Below, one piece after another: positions 9,745 through 17,038 of a stretch of DNA of 64,000 bases. Origin of the DNA: Candidatus Villigracilaceae bacterium (GTDB lineage: Bacteria > Chloroflexota > Anaerolineae > Anaerolineales > Villigracilaceae). The stretch's first letter is position 1, and the number at the start of each line of letters is the position of its first letter. Position numbers and translations under genes: made by a program. The stretch is from positions 44,047 to 108,046 of the forward strand of contig JAPKMP010000004.1 in NCBI GenBank assembly GCA_026645935.1, in the 5' to 3' direction. The notes beneath the pieces were generated by a model. It ran no database searches and was not told the origin of the DNA. It saw nothing but the letters and a program-made list of their open reading frames with translations.

Positions 9745-12384
9745 TCAGCCTGCCAGTCCCAAACGGGTCATTAACTTTCTCCACGCCGCTCCCAATCCTG
9801 TTTGTGGGAAGTGAAGTCCCACTGTGATTCCCACAACCAGCACGACCCCAACCAGCGCGGCGTCAAGTATGCTCCACCATTGTTCGAAGCAATTGACGAA
9901 TAAACCTGCCGAGGCGGACCCATCGAAACAGGCTTTGCCGGTTTCAATGGGAATGTTTTGATCGAAGGCAGCTTGCAAAACGGGATACAAGCTGTATTTA
10001 TTACTGATGGCCTCGCCTGGTTCGATGACGGAGGAAGCCAGCCACTGCGCGTTATCCAGGATGTAGGTTCCATCCCGTCCGGTCATCGCCTCGACCAGCA
10101 CTGGAGCCTGGATCAGTGCCAGCAAAACCGCCGTCAACATCAATCGCCTTCCCCAATTTAATTTGCCCAGCCTCCAACCAGCCTGCGGTTGATCCATCAG
10201 ACCGAGGTTTAATCCCAGTCCGGCAAGAAATGCCGCCGCGAGGAATCGCAGGAAAGTGTCAGCGCTCAAGCCAATTCCATTCAGCCAGGCTACAAATCCA
10301 TTGGCGAGGCAAAAGCCAAGCGCGCCAAGCAGAATGGAAAGCCCTCTGGATGGGTGGATTGAAGCGGCGGAGTGTTCCTGAAAATCCAGCAGGCGTAAAG
10401 GAACGGCCAAAACCATGCCATACACCAACCCCAGCCCGATGATGAATCCCCAATACGAATTGATCGCAAATTCGGTTCCCATTGGCTGGGCGTTGAAGAT
10501 GGCAAGAAATGCGCGGTAAATCGCCAAAGCCAGGCCTGCCCCGATTGCCCCACCGAAGGTCCAACGGTTAATCCGCGTACGATTGCGATGGATATGCTTC
10601 CGCGCCCGCCACCACCAGACTCCCGCCCGATCCGGGTATTGATCCAATTTCTGTGGCAGGTGTTTCGCAAACTCTGCATCGGCTTCTGCCAACGCCCCCA
10701 ATAGCATGGCTCGGCGCTGGCGTCGGAAGGCATTGTTTTTGAGTTCGAGAAGCGCCTCTTGAATTTTCGAAAAGACGATATCCGGTTGCACCGCGAGTAA
10801 TGCTAATGCGGCTGTCTGACTCGTTGACGAATTCGAATGGCCTGCCGCTATCCACGCCAGAGGGTTGATTTCATTCTTCGGCAATGGGTTGTCGGATAAA
10901 AAATCCAGTCCCAATGATTTTTCCGCCAGCCCGTTCTCCTCATCAGGTTCAAGGAATGACATTTTCTGAATCGATTCCAGCCATTTCAAACCCACCCTGC
11001 GAAGTTGCCGCACCCAATGCGCAGTCTCCTGATCAGTTTCGATGGCGGAATGGAGCAGGAGAACGGCATCCAGCGGGCCAAGGCTCAAAGAGTCACCCCC
11101 CAGTTTCAAAGTCTGTAATTGAAGCGGGTTGGCCGGGGCTTTCATCTGTACCCATCGCATCAAAACTTCGCTCAAGGCGGTATCCCTTTCGGATATTTTT
11201 TCCGCTTCCAGCCGCGCCTGTTCATCGGTTACTGGCGGGAAAATATTTCCGCCCGAATTCCGCAGGTAAAGCACTGGCGCGCCCCAATCCCGTTGCCTTG
11301 GGTCTTCGCGATGGATGGCCTTGCGGGCCTGCGTGACTGCTTCGTCAATGGTCAGCCCAGCGACGAGATATTCGTACAGTTTGGTGGCGAACAATTTTGT
11401 GAGATCGTCATAAATCGAATATTGCATTGCAACAACGGCGGGAATTCCACCGCGTAACAAAGCCATTGCGACACTGCTCCATTGCAGGAAGCGATCGCGT
11501 TCGCCTGACTCGCAGGCATCCAGCACGACCAAACGAATGTGACCCTCTGCCAGCAATCCGCTTAGGATTTCCGCTTGAACTTCCTCCGCCTTGTTATTCT
11601 CATCGGCAAGGATCAATGCTCCGTGCCCCTGTCCTTGGTTGCCGCCGTCCCTGAAAATTCCGTGACCGCTGAAATGGAATACATCTGCAGAATCTCGCAG
11701 GGCTTTCTGAATGGTATCCTGAGTGACTCCCAGTTCATCGTTTTCCAAATCAAAATCGGGGTGATACTCGGCTTTGACGCCATTGATCTCGCGCAGTTTC
11801 CCCTTAATGGCAGTTTGCTCATTTTCCAGGTCGAGTCTAGGGTATTTCTCGTAAGGTTCCGGGCTGGCCATAGCGATAATCACTCGTCGATTGGGGCTGG
11901 CACGAAAAGACGCGGCTGGAACCGAGATCGCCTCATGCCGGACGATGGAGATGCGAAAATCCAAAGCCCAATGGTCCTCAGGGACGATTTCGCCATCGTG
12001 TAGTTTTACCAGAGCATATTCCCAGGGCAGGAAAGCAAGTTCCTGCAGGAGCCGCAGGCGTATTCGCAATCCGTCGCCTTCCTGCAACCGGGCGAGACTG
12101 CTTTGATATAACTGGCGCGCATAGGGAGGCAGAATGATTTCTCCCAACCGCTGGGCGAGTTTCTCGAAGTCTTTGCGGGTGATTTGCCTGTCTGCTAAAT
12201 TCTTTCGCCACTTTTCGAGTTGATCCCAATCCCCGATGGCAACTTCCTCGTCGTGTTCCCCTTCTCCCACTGGCGAGTCGAAAATCCGCAAAGAGAATTT
12301 ACCCGGCCTTCCTCTTGTGTCTGGTTTGCTGTCGTTGATGGAGTCGGTGTAGATGACGAAGTCGCGATAGTTGCGGATGGACAT
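9745..12384 (-). CDS. CHAT-domain (caspase-like) protease fused to a HEAT-like region and a C-terminal polytopic membrane domain
   Basis: 879 aa. The catalytic dyad context is VFHFSGHG and RLVVLDACESGE. The middle is helical and HEAT-like. The last ~300 aa have about 6-7 TM helices and one ~70-aa Cys-containing loop. Confidence 0.8.
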   Translation of the reverse strand: MSIRNYRDFVIYTDSINDSKPDTRGRPGKFSLRIFDSPVGEGEHDEEVAIGDWDQLEKWRKNLADRQITRKDFEKLAQRLGEIILPPYARQLYQSSLARLQEGDGLRIRLRLLQELAFLPWEYALVKLHDGEIVPEDHWALDFRISIVRHEAISVPAASFRASPNRRVIIAMASPEPYEKYPRLDLENEQTAIKGKLREINGVKAEYHPDFDLENDELGVTQDTIQKALRDSADVFHFSGHGIFRDGGNQGQGHGALILADENNKAEEVQAEILSGLLAEGHIRLVVLDACESGERDRFLQWSSVAMALLRGGIPAVVAMQYSIYDDLTKLFATKLYEYLVAGLTIDEAVTQARKAIHREDPRQRDWGAPVLYLRNSGGNIFPPVTDEQARLEAEKISERDTALSEVLMRWVQMKAPANPLQLQTLKLGGDSLSLGPLDAVLLLHSAIETDQETAHWVRQLRRVGLKWLESIQKMSFLEPDEENGLAEKSLGLDFLSDNPLPKNEINPLAWIAAGHSNSSTSQTAALALLAVQPDIVFSKIQEALLELKNNAFRRQRRAMLLGALAEADAEFAKHLPQKLDQYPDRAGVWWWRARKHIHRNRTRINRWTFGGAIGAGLALAIYRAFLAIFNAQPMGTEFAINSYWGFIIGLGLVYGMVLAVPLRLLDFQEHSAASIHPSRGLSILLGALGFCLANGFVAWLNGIGLSADTFLRFLAAAFLAGLGLNLGLMDQPQAGWRLGKLNWGRRLMLTAVLLALIQAPVLVEAMTGRDGTYILDNAQWLASSVIEPGEAISNKYSLYPVLQAAFDQNIPIETGKACFDGSASAGLFVNCFEQWWSILDAALVGVVLVVGITVGLHFPQTGLGAAWRKLMTRLGLAG

Positions 12385-12716
12385 TTTGGCGCGATCCTGC
12401 TCCGCGCTGTAGCGATCAATAACGACCGTTTGAAGGGGAGATGTGCGGCTTAACTCTAAAATCCGACTGACCGTTTTCCCTGTAAGTACTATACATCAAG
12501 TTAAAAGACATTTCAATACTGTATTCTGGACATGTCGGTACCATAAACTTTTGGTTGGTTAATTTTCCCACTTTGGAGTTTATTTTTATGCTTTATTTGC
12601 ACGTTTTCTCTCACAAGGACCCTGCGGTCGATGCAGAAAACATGCTGAATATCATGGTTTTCTCCCACTATTTTAAAACCCCCCCCGCCCAGGGTACAGA
12701 GTCTCAATATGGGATT

Positions 12717-13274
12717 TCAACCTGCCGGGACTTGCAAAATCCCAACCGCCGCCATCACGCCCATTGCAGACATGAGCACGATGAGGAAGAAAAAGATTCC
12801 CAACACCCAGTTCAGCCATTTCTTCTCGGGGTGGTTGACCCAGTAGTAGAGCAAGCCTGCAAACAGGAACGCCTGCGGGACGATCTCGACATAGCTGAGG
12901 ATGGAGGTTGGGTAATTGGTGTAGAGAATGCCTTCGATGGAGCCGGGAGCCGCGCCAAAGGTGGAGAGGATTCCGAGGGCGGTCAGGACCCAGAACAGGA
13001 TCAGCCAGCCGTTTTTTCTCCCAAAGATGATCTCCCTCAGCGGATAGAACGCCAGCGCAAAGACGATGCCGCGTATCCATTGCAGACCGGGTCCCGCCGC
13101 CACCCAGGGACTGTCGGTGGGGCGCATGTAGTTCTCCAACGCGCCGGTGACGAAAACGTCTTCATAGTTCAGGAAGTTGAAGGCGAGGATGCCCATCAGG
13201 AAATATGTCAGCGTATGAGCCACGCTGGATTTGAGGATGAGACTTAGCAAGGAAGGTTGATTGGTGGTGTTCAT
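12717..13274 (-). CDS. polytopic membrane protein, hypothetical
   Basis: 185 aa with about 5 hydrophobic helices. I recognise no motif. Confidence 0.5.
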   Translation of the reverse strand: MNTTNQPSLLSLILKSSVAHTLTYFLMGILAFNFLNYEDVFVTGALENYMRPTDSPWVAAGPGLQWIRGIVFALAFYPLREIIFGRKNGWLILFWVLTALGILSTFGAAPGSIEGILYTNYPTSILSYVEIVPQAFLFAGLLYYWVNHPEKKWLNWVLGIFFFLIVLMSAMGVMAAVGILQVPAG

Positions 13275-13379
13275 ATTCTTTTCCTTTCATTTATTAGGAT
13301 ATGAGGTTTGGCAGGGGAGGACAAGTGAGGTTTGTCCCGGTTACTTGGTATTTTCAGACGTGTCAGGTCATTTATCAAG

Positions 13380-13408
13380 GTGACACTCACCAGCGAGGTG
13401 AGTGTCAC
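13380..13408. repeat. GTGAC-type hairpin element just downstream of the extended DsrE-like gene
   Basis: gtgacactcacc-agcga-ggtgagtgtcac is a 12-bp perfect stem. Related hairpins lie at 16773-16805 and 47959-47993. Confidence 0.6.
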
Positions 13409-13419
13409 TTTAGGTAGCG

Positions 13420-13776
13420 CTAGTATGCAAGCACTTGATCGGCTTCCACCGTCCAATCGCCGAGCAAGTCCATGCTGCCCCATTCTATTCCTTCGGTAAG
13501 GTCTTCGAGCCCGAGACCTCGGGCTTGACTGCATGTGCCTCAGGTGGCGACTTTGCCTTTCTTCACCAGTGACTTGACCATGCGTTCGACGTTGTAATAG
13601 CCGTCAGGCGTGGTTTGACCTTTGCGGGCGCAAAAGACTGCATCGGCGACCAAAAAGACTTGGACTTCGACGCCTTCACGCTTGACCAAATTCATGGCGT
13701 GACGAAGGGCGTTGTAGGGACGCTCGTTTCCGTAGGGGGCATCGTTGACGATGAATAGATATTTTTTGGCTTCCAT
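13420..13776 (-). CDS. DsrE/DsrF-like sulfur-relay family protein, candidate selenoprotein (in-frame TGA at 13542-13540)
   Basis: The track ORF stops after ...KKGKVAT. The same frame continues TGA-GTCSQARGLGLEDLTEGIEWGSMDLLGDWTVEADQVLAY-TAG. This restores the family-typical length of 118 aa and places TGA at the first Cys of the conserved CGTC..ARG motif. Confidence 0.6.
13508..13525 (-). promoter_or_regulatory. candidate bacterial SECIS hairpin
   Basis: On the mRNA, UGA is followed by 14 nt, then AGCCCGA-GGUC-UCGGGCU (7-bp stem, GGUC loop). The CGAGGUCUCG apex resembles the E. coli fdhF SECIS apex GCAGGUCUGC as I recall it. Confidence 0.5.
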
Positions 13777-13788
13777 TTTTGTTTCCTT

Positions 13789-15045
13789 TTATTGCATGGT
13801 TCGAGAAAACTCTTCGATGAGGGTGCAGGTGTCATGGAGAGCTTGTTCGGGATGAATTTGAAGCGCGAGGGTTTTACAACGTTCGAGAACAGTTGCCGAT
13901 GAGACCAGTTTTTCTAAAGCGCGAGCGAGGGTTTCGGGGTTGAACTGCTTGGGGTCGAGGGTGAGACCGATGCCGAGTCTTGCCACACGAGTAGCGGTAT
14001 CGGGTTGGTCATGCGCCATCGGGCGGATGACTTGTGGGATGCCCGCCGCAATTGCCTGTGCAGTTGTGCCAATGCCGCCGTGATGGACAAGCGCCAGCGC
14101 GCGCGGTAGAACCTTGCCAAACGGCACATAGCTGAAATGTTGAACGCCATCTGGCAGTTGAGCGGATAGTTGTTCGGGATGTTGTGTTAGTAGAATGCCG
14201 CGCTGACCGATCATCTGACAGGCGTATGCACAATCTTGAAAGAATTGCTCTCCGTGCTTCATGGCGGTGCCTGCTGTAAAAATGACCGGGGGACTGCCCT
14301 CGTTGAGGAAAGTTTCAAGATCGGGCGGAAGGGGTTCATCGTCTTGTTGCGGGTCATAAATGATGAAATCTGTCAGTTTCGTGTTGGGCGTCCAGTCCGC
14401 TTGCGGCTGGGCGAACCAGTTGGGGAACAAGCCGAGGTTCAGTTGCGGGGAGTGCATCCAGCCGCCAAAAATGCTTTGGATGGCGGGCAAGCCGAGGCTG
14501 AGCCTGAAGCGGTTGATGTTGGGGGCGAAGAGTTTATCGAGCAGGAGGGCGTCTATCAGGCGGAATAATCCGCGCACGAGGAAGGATGGTAATGGGATGG
14601 GGGATAGCGGAAAGTCGTGGACGCTGCGAAAGGCGGCGGGTTGTAAGTGGACGGTGATGAAGGGTATGCTGAGTTTTTCATGCGCAATATGTGCGGCGAA
14701 GAATTGTCCTTGCGCGATGAGAATGGTTTGGGAAGGGTCGAAGCTTGCGATGACTTGATAGGCGGGTTCCATGATGGGGAAGACGACGCGCTCAGCAAAG
14801 ACTTTGAAGCCTTTGTCGGGGCTCCAAAGATCGGGGTCTTGGATGATGGAACGGTAATCTTCGACGTTGCCCAGTCCGAAGAATTCGAGCCCGGCATCGC
14901 GCGCATGAGATTCGAAATACTGGCTGGTGATGAATGCAACGCGAAAGCCGCGTTCTTTTAATTGTTTGCCGATGGCGATGAATGGATACACATCTCCCGC
15001 GCTGCCGATGGTGCAGAGCAGAATTGTTTTCTCTGTTTTGGTCAT
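13789..15045 (-). CDS. GT1-family glycosyltransferase (UDP-glycosyltransferase/MGT-like)
   Basis: 418 aa with an N-terminal ILLCTIGSAGDVYPFIAIG and the C-terminal donor-binding motif HHGGIGTTAQAIAAGIPQVIRPMAHDQ. Confidence 0.8.
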   Translation of the reverse strand: MTKTEKTILLCTIGSAGDVYPFIAIGKQLKERGFRVAFITSQYFESHARDAGLEFFGLGNVEDYRSIIQDPDLWSPDKGFKVFAERVVFPIMEPAYQVIASFDPSQTILIAQGQFFAAHIAHEKLSIPFITVHLQPAAFRSVHDFPLSPIPLPSFLVRGLFRLIDALLLDKLFAPNINRFRLSLGLPAIQSIFGGWMHSPQLNLGLFPNWFAQPQADWTPNTKLTDFIIYDPQQDDEPLPPDLETFLNEGSPPVIFTAGTAMKHGEQFFQDCAYACQMIGQRGILLTQHPEQLSAQLPDGVQHFSYVPFGKVLPRALALVHHGGIGTTAQAIAAGIPQVIRPMAHDQPDTATRVARLGIGLTLDPKQFNPETLARALEKLVSSATVLERCKTLALQIHPEQALHDTCTLIEEFSRTMQ

Positions 15046-15078
15046 CCATACTCCTTTAAATCCTGGATTCCTAATTTC

Positions 15079-16302
15079 CTACTGCGCCACTTTTGCAGAT
15101 AGGACCAGCCACACTTCCATCTCTCCCTTGCCCTTTACACTGACAGCGCCGCGAGGCTCGCACACAAACTCCTCCTTGATCAGCTCATAGGTGGCTTGCG
15201 TGATCTGTACAGCGCCTCCCAAGCCATGCGACTCCATCCGGCTGGCAATATTGACCGCATCTCCCCATACGTCGTAGACAAATTTTCGACGACCGATCAC
15301 ACCCGCGATCATGGAACCTGAATTGATGCCAATGCGAAAACTAAGGCGCCGACCGTTGCGAAACGTATGAGTGGAAATATAGTCGCGCATCTCCATCGCC
15401 ATGTACACCAGAGCTTGCGCATGATCGAGACGTCCGCGCGGCACCCCGGAAGCGACCATATAACTATCCCCGATCGTTCTGATCTTTTCCACGCCGTATT
15501 TATCTAAGAGCGAATCGAAGAAAGAAAAGACCTCATTAAGCAGTTCGACCATTTCCACCGGCGGCAATTGCTCGGAAAGCGGAGTGAAGCCCACCATGTC
15601 TGCAAATAGAACGCTGGCTTCGTTAAAATGATCTGCGATCGTGCGGCTCTCATTTTTAAGAATGGCGGCGATCTCTTTCGGCAGGATGTTCAACAATAGC
15701 GTTTCGGACTTCTGTTGAAATGTATTTTTCTGACCGACAAAGTAAAAAACCATCATGAAAACCAACGAGCCGACCGCGAGAAGGTTCAGGGAAAAGAAGA
15801 AGATCACCAATGCAGTGGATAGGTTGTTGGTAAAACGTGCGTAGGGTTGTAAAAACCCGCTGAGAACAACAAGGATTGCAAAGGCAAGAAACCAGCGCGG
15901 CGCGCGGCGCGGTTCATCGAAGAGTAATGCGCCGAGGGGGCAGATCAGCGACCACAAAATGACGGCGCTGCCATTAACGAAACCGCCCAATGCTACCATC
16001 AGAAAAAAGGGCAGGAGCAGGATCAACGCCAGTTGACTGAAACGAAAAAAGCGATACTGGCGCGTCCGCCCAAAGTGAACGATGCTAATGAGGGAGATTA
16101 AGGAATAAGAGAGCGGGATCGCCCCGGCGAGCGGCTCGTCTGTGAAGACATATATCAAGCCCCATGCGATCCCCGCGACCATAAAGGGAATGGCGCAAAC
16201 GACCAATAGCGATTTTTGCAGGCGGATTTCGTCCTCGTCATCCGGGTCCGAGCCGATCCGTGCTATGGATGGAAGCATCTGTGCCATTATTTTCTGAATC
16301 AT
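15079..16302 (-). CDS. class III adenylate/guanylate cyclase with an N-terminal 6-TM domain
   Basis: 407 aa. Cyclase motifs are VLFADMVGFT, KIRTIGDSYMVASG and VWGDAVNIASRMES. Confidence 0.85.
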   Translation of the reverse strand: MIQKIMAQMLPSIARIGSDPDDEDEIRLQKSLLVVCAIPFMVAGIAWGLIYVFTDEPLAGAIPLSYSLISLISIVHFGRTRQYRFFRFSQLALILLLPFFLMVALGGFVNGSAVILWSLICPLGALLFDEPRRAPRWFLAFAILVVLSGFLQPYARFTNNLSTALVIFFFSLNLLAVGSLVFMMVFYFVGQKNTFQQKSETLLLNILPKEIAAILKNESRTIADHFNEASVLFADMVGFTPLSEQLPPVEMVELLNEVFSFFDSLLDKYGVEKIRTIGDSYMVASGVPRGRLDHAQALVYMAMEMRDYISTHTFRNGRRLSFRIGINSGSMIAGVIGRRKFVYDVWGDAVNIASRMESHGLGGAVQITQATYELIKEEFVCEPRGAVSVKGKGEMEVWLVLSAKVAQ

Positions 16303-16637
16303 GGGCTTTCTCCTTCACGCCATTAAAGATATCTCTTGTCTTTTCGCTTGTAATATAAAGTGCCCACGCTCATAAATTGCGCTTTCCGCTGGTGATTTGG
16401 CGCCACGCAATTTTTGACCGAGTGCGGTATAACAGGATTGAACGCGGATTTTCCAGATTTTTCCTTCGATGATTTCTATTTCAGCGGCAGATCGGCAAGT
16501 TCCCGCTGTTTAGACGGACAGTGTTTATCAGAGTATGAGCGGAAGACACAAGTGTGGACAAGGATCAGCGCATTTAGCTCGATCAGACAATTTCTTTCAT
16601 CAAGGGCACACATCAGGTGGTAGTCACCTTAGTTTCC

Positions 16638-16760
16638 TTATACTATTTTGACCTCTTCCTCGGACAACCCATAATATATCATCCCCGAATGGGGACAACT
16701 CATAGACCAGACCATCGATCCCCATCTCCGTGGACTCGATCTCGCGCTTGACCATTTCCT
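16638..16760 (-). pseudogene. orphan, disrupted copy of the Type IIG enzyme C-terminal tail (copy C)
   Basis: Minus-strand reading gives EMVKREIESTEMGIDGLVYEL, a ~20-nt insertion, then YGLSEEEVKIV-stop. There is no upstream ORF. It shares a 33-nt identical core (16728-16760) with the live gene end. Confidence 0.7.
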
Positions 16761-16772
16761 ACTCCTCCACCG

Positions 16773-16805
16773 AGGTGACAGTCACCTCCAAGGTGACTGT
16801 CACCT
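16773..16805. repeat. GTGAC-type hairpin element
   Basis: aggtgacagtcacct-cca-aggtgactgtcacct is a 15-bp perfect stem. Each arm is itself palindromic. Confidence 0.6.
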
Positions 16806-16914
16806 TTGTTCGACGATAGCAATCTCTTCCTCGCTCAACCCATACAACTCATACACCAGACCATCGATCCCCCCCATCCGTGGACTCGATCTCGCGCTTG
16901 ACCATTTCCTGCAC
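16800..16914 (-). pseudogene. orphan, frameshifted copy of the Type IIG enzyme C-terminal tail (copy B)
   Basis: It reads QEMVKREIESTDGG then, after a 1-nt slip in a 7-nt C run (G7 on the minus strand), IDGLVYELYGLSEEEIAIVEQR-stop. Stops lie immediately upstream. 36 nt are identical to 17113-17148. Confidence 0.7.
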
Positions 16915-17038
16915 TTTCCTCCAGGCGCGGTCACGTTGAAAGTGATTAGATGGATTGACATCTTGCTAATTTTTCAAGATTTGATAAAATCTCCCTGCCT
17001 CATTCAGGGTGCCCCCCTCACCCTGTTTGAGGCATTTT

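Noticed and set aside
13271-13534. An 87-aa minus-strand ORF downstream of the DsrE-like gene.
   Set aside because: It is in a different frame from the family-consistent continuation of the DsrE-like protein. Its translation is Arg/Ser/Leu-rich with no motif. The read-through frame explains this region better.
15079-16302. The cyclase as a Pycsar/CBASS-type defence nucleotide cyclase, because of its proximity to the RM enzyme and the CHAT module.
   Set aside because: It has the ordinary architecture of a signalling class III cyclase, with a 6-TM N-terminus and a canonical adenylate/guanylate cyclase domain. No adjacent cNMP-binding effector (TM or TIR) is present. The neighbours are a GT1 enzyme and a DsrE-like protein.
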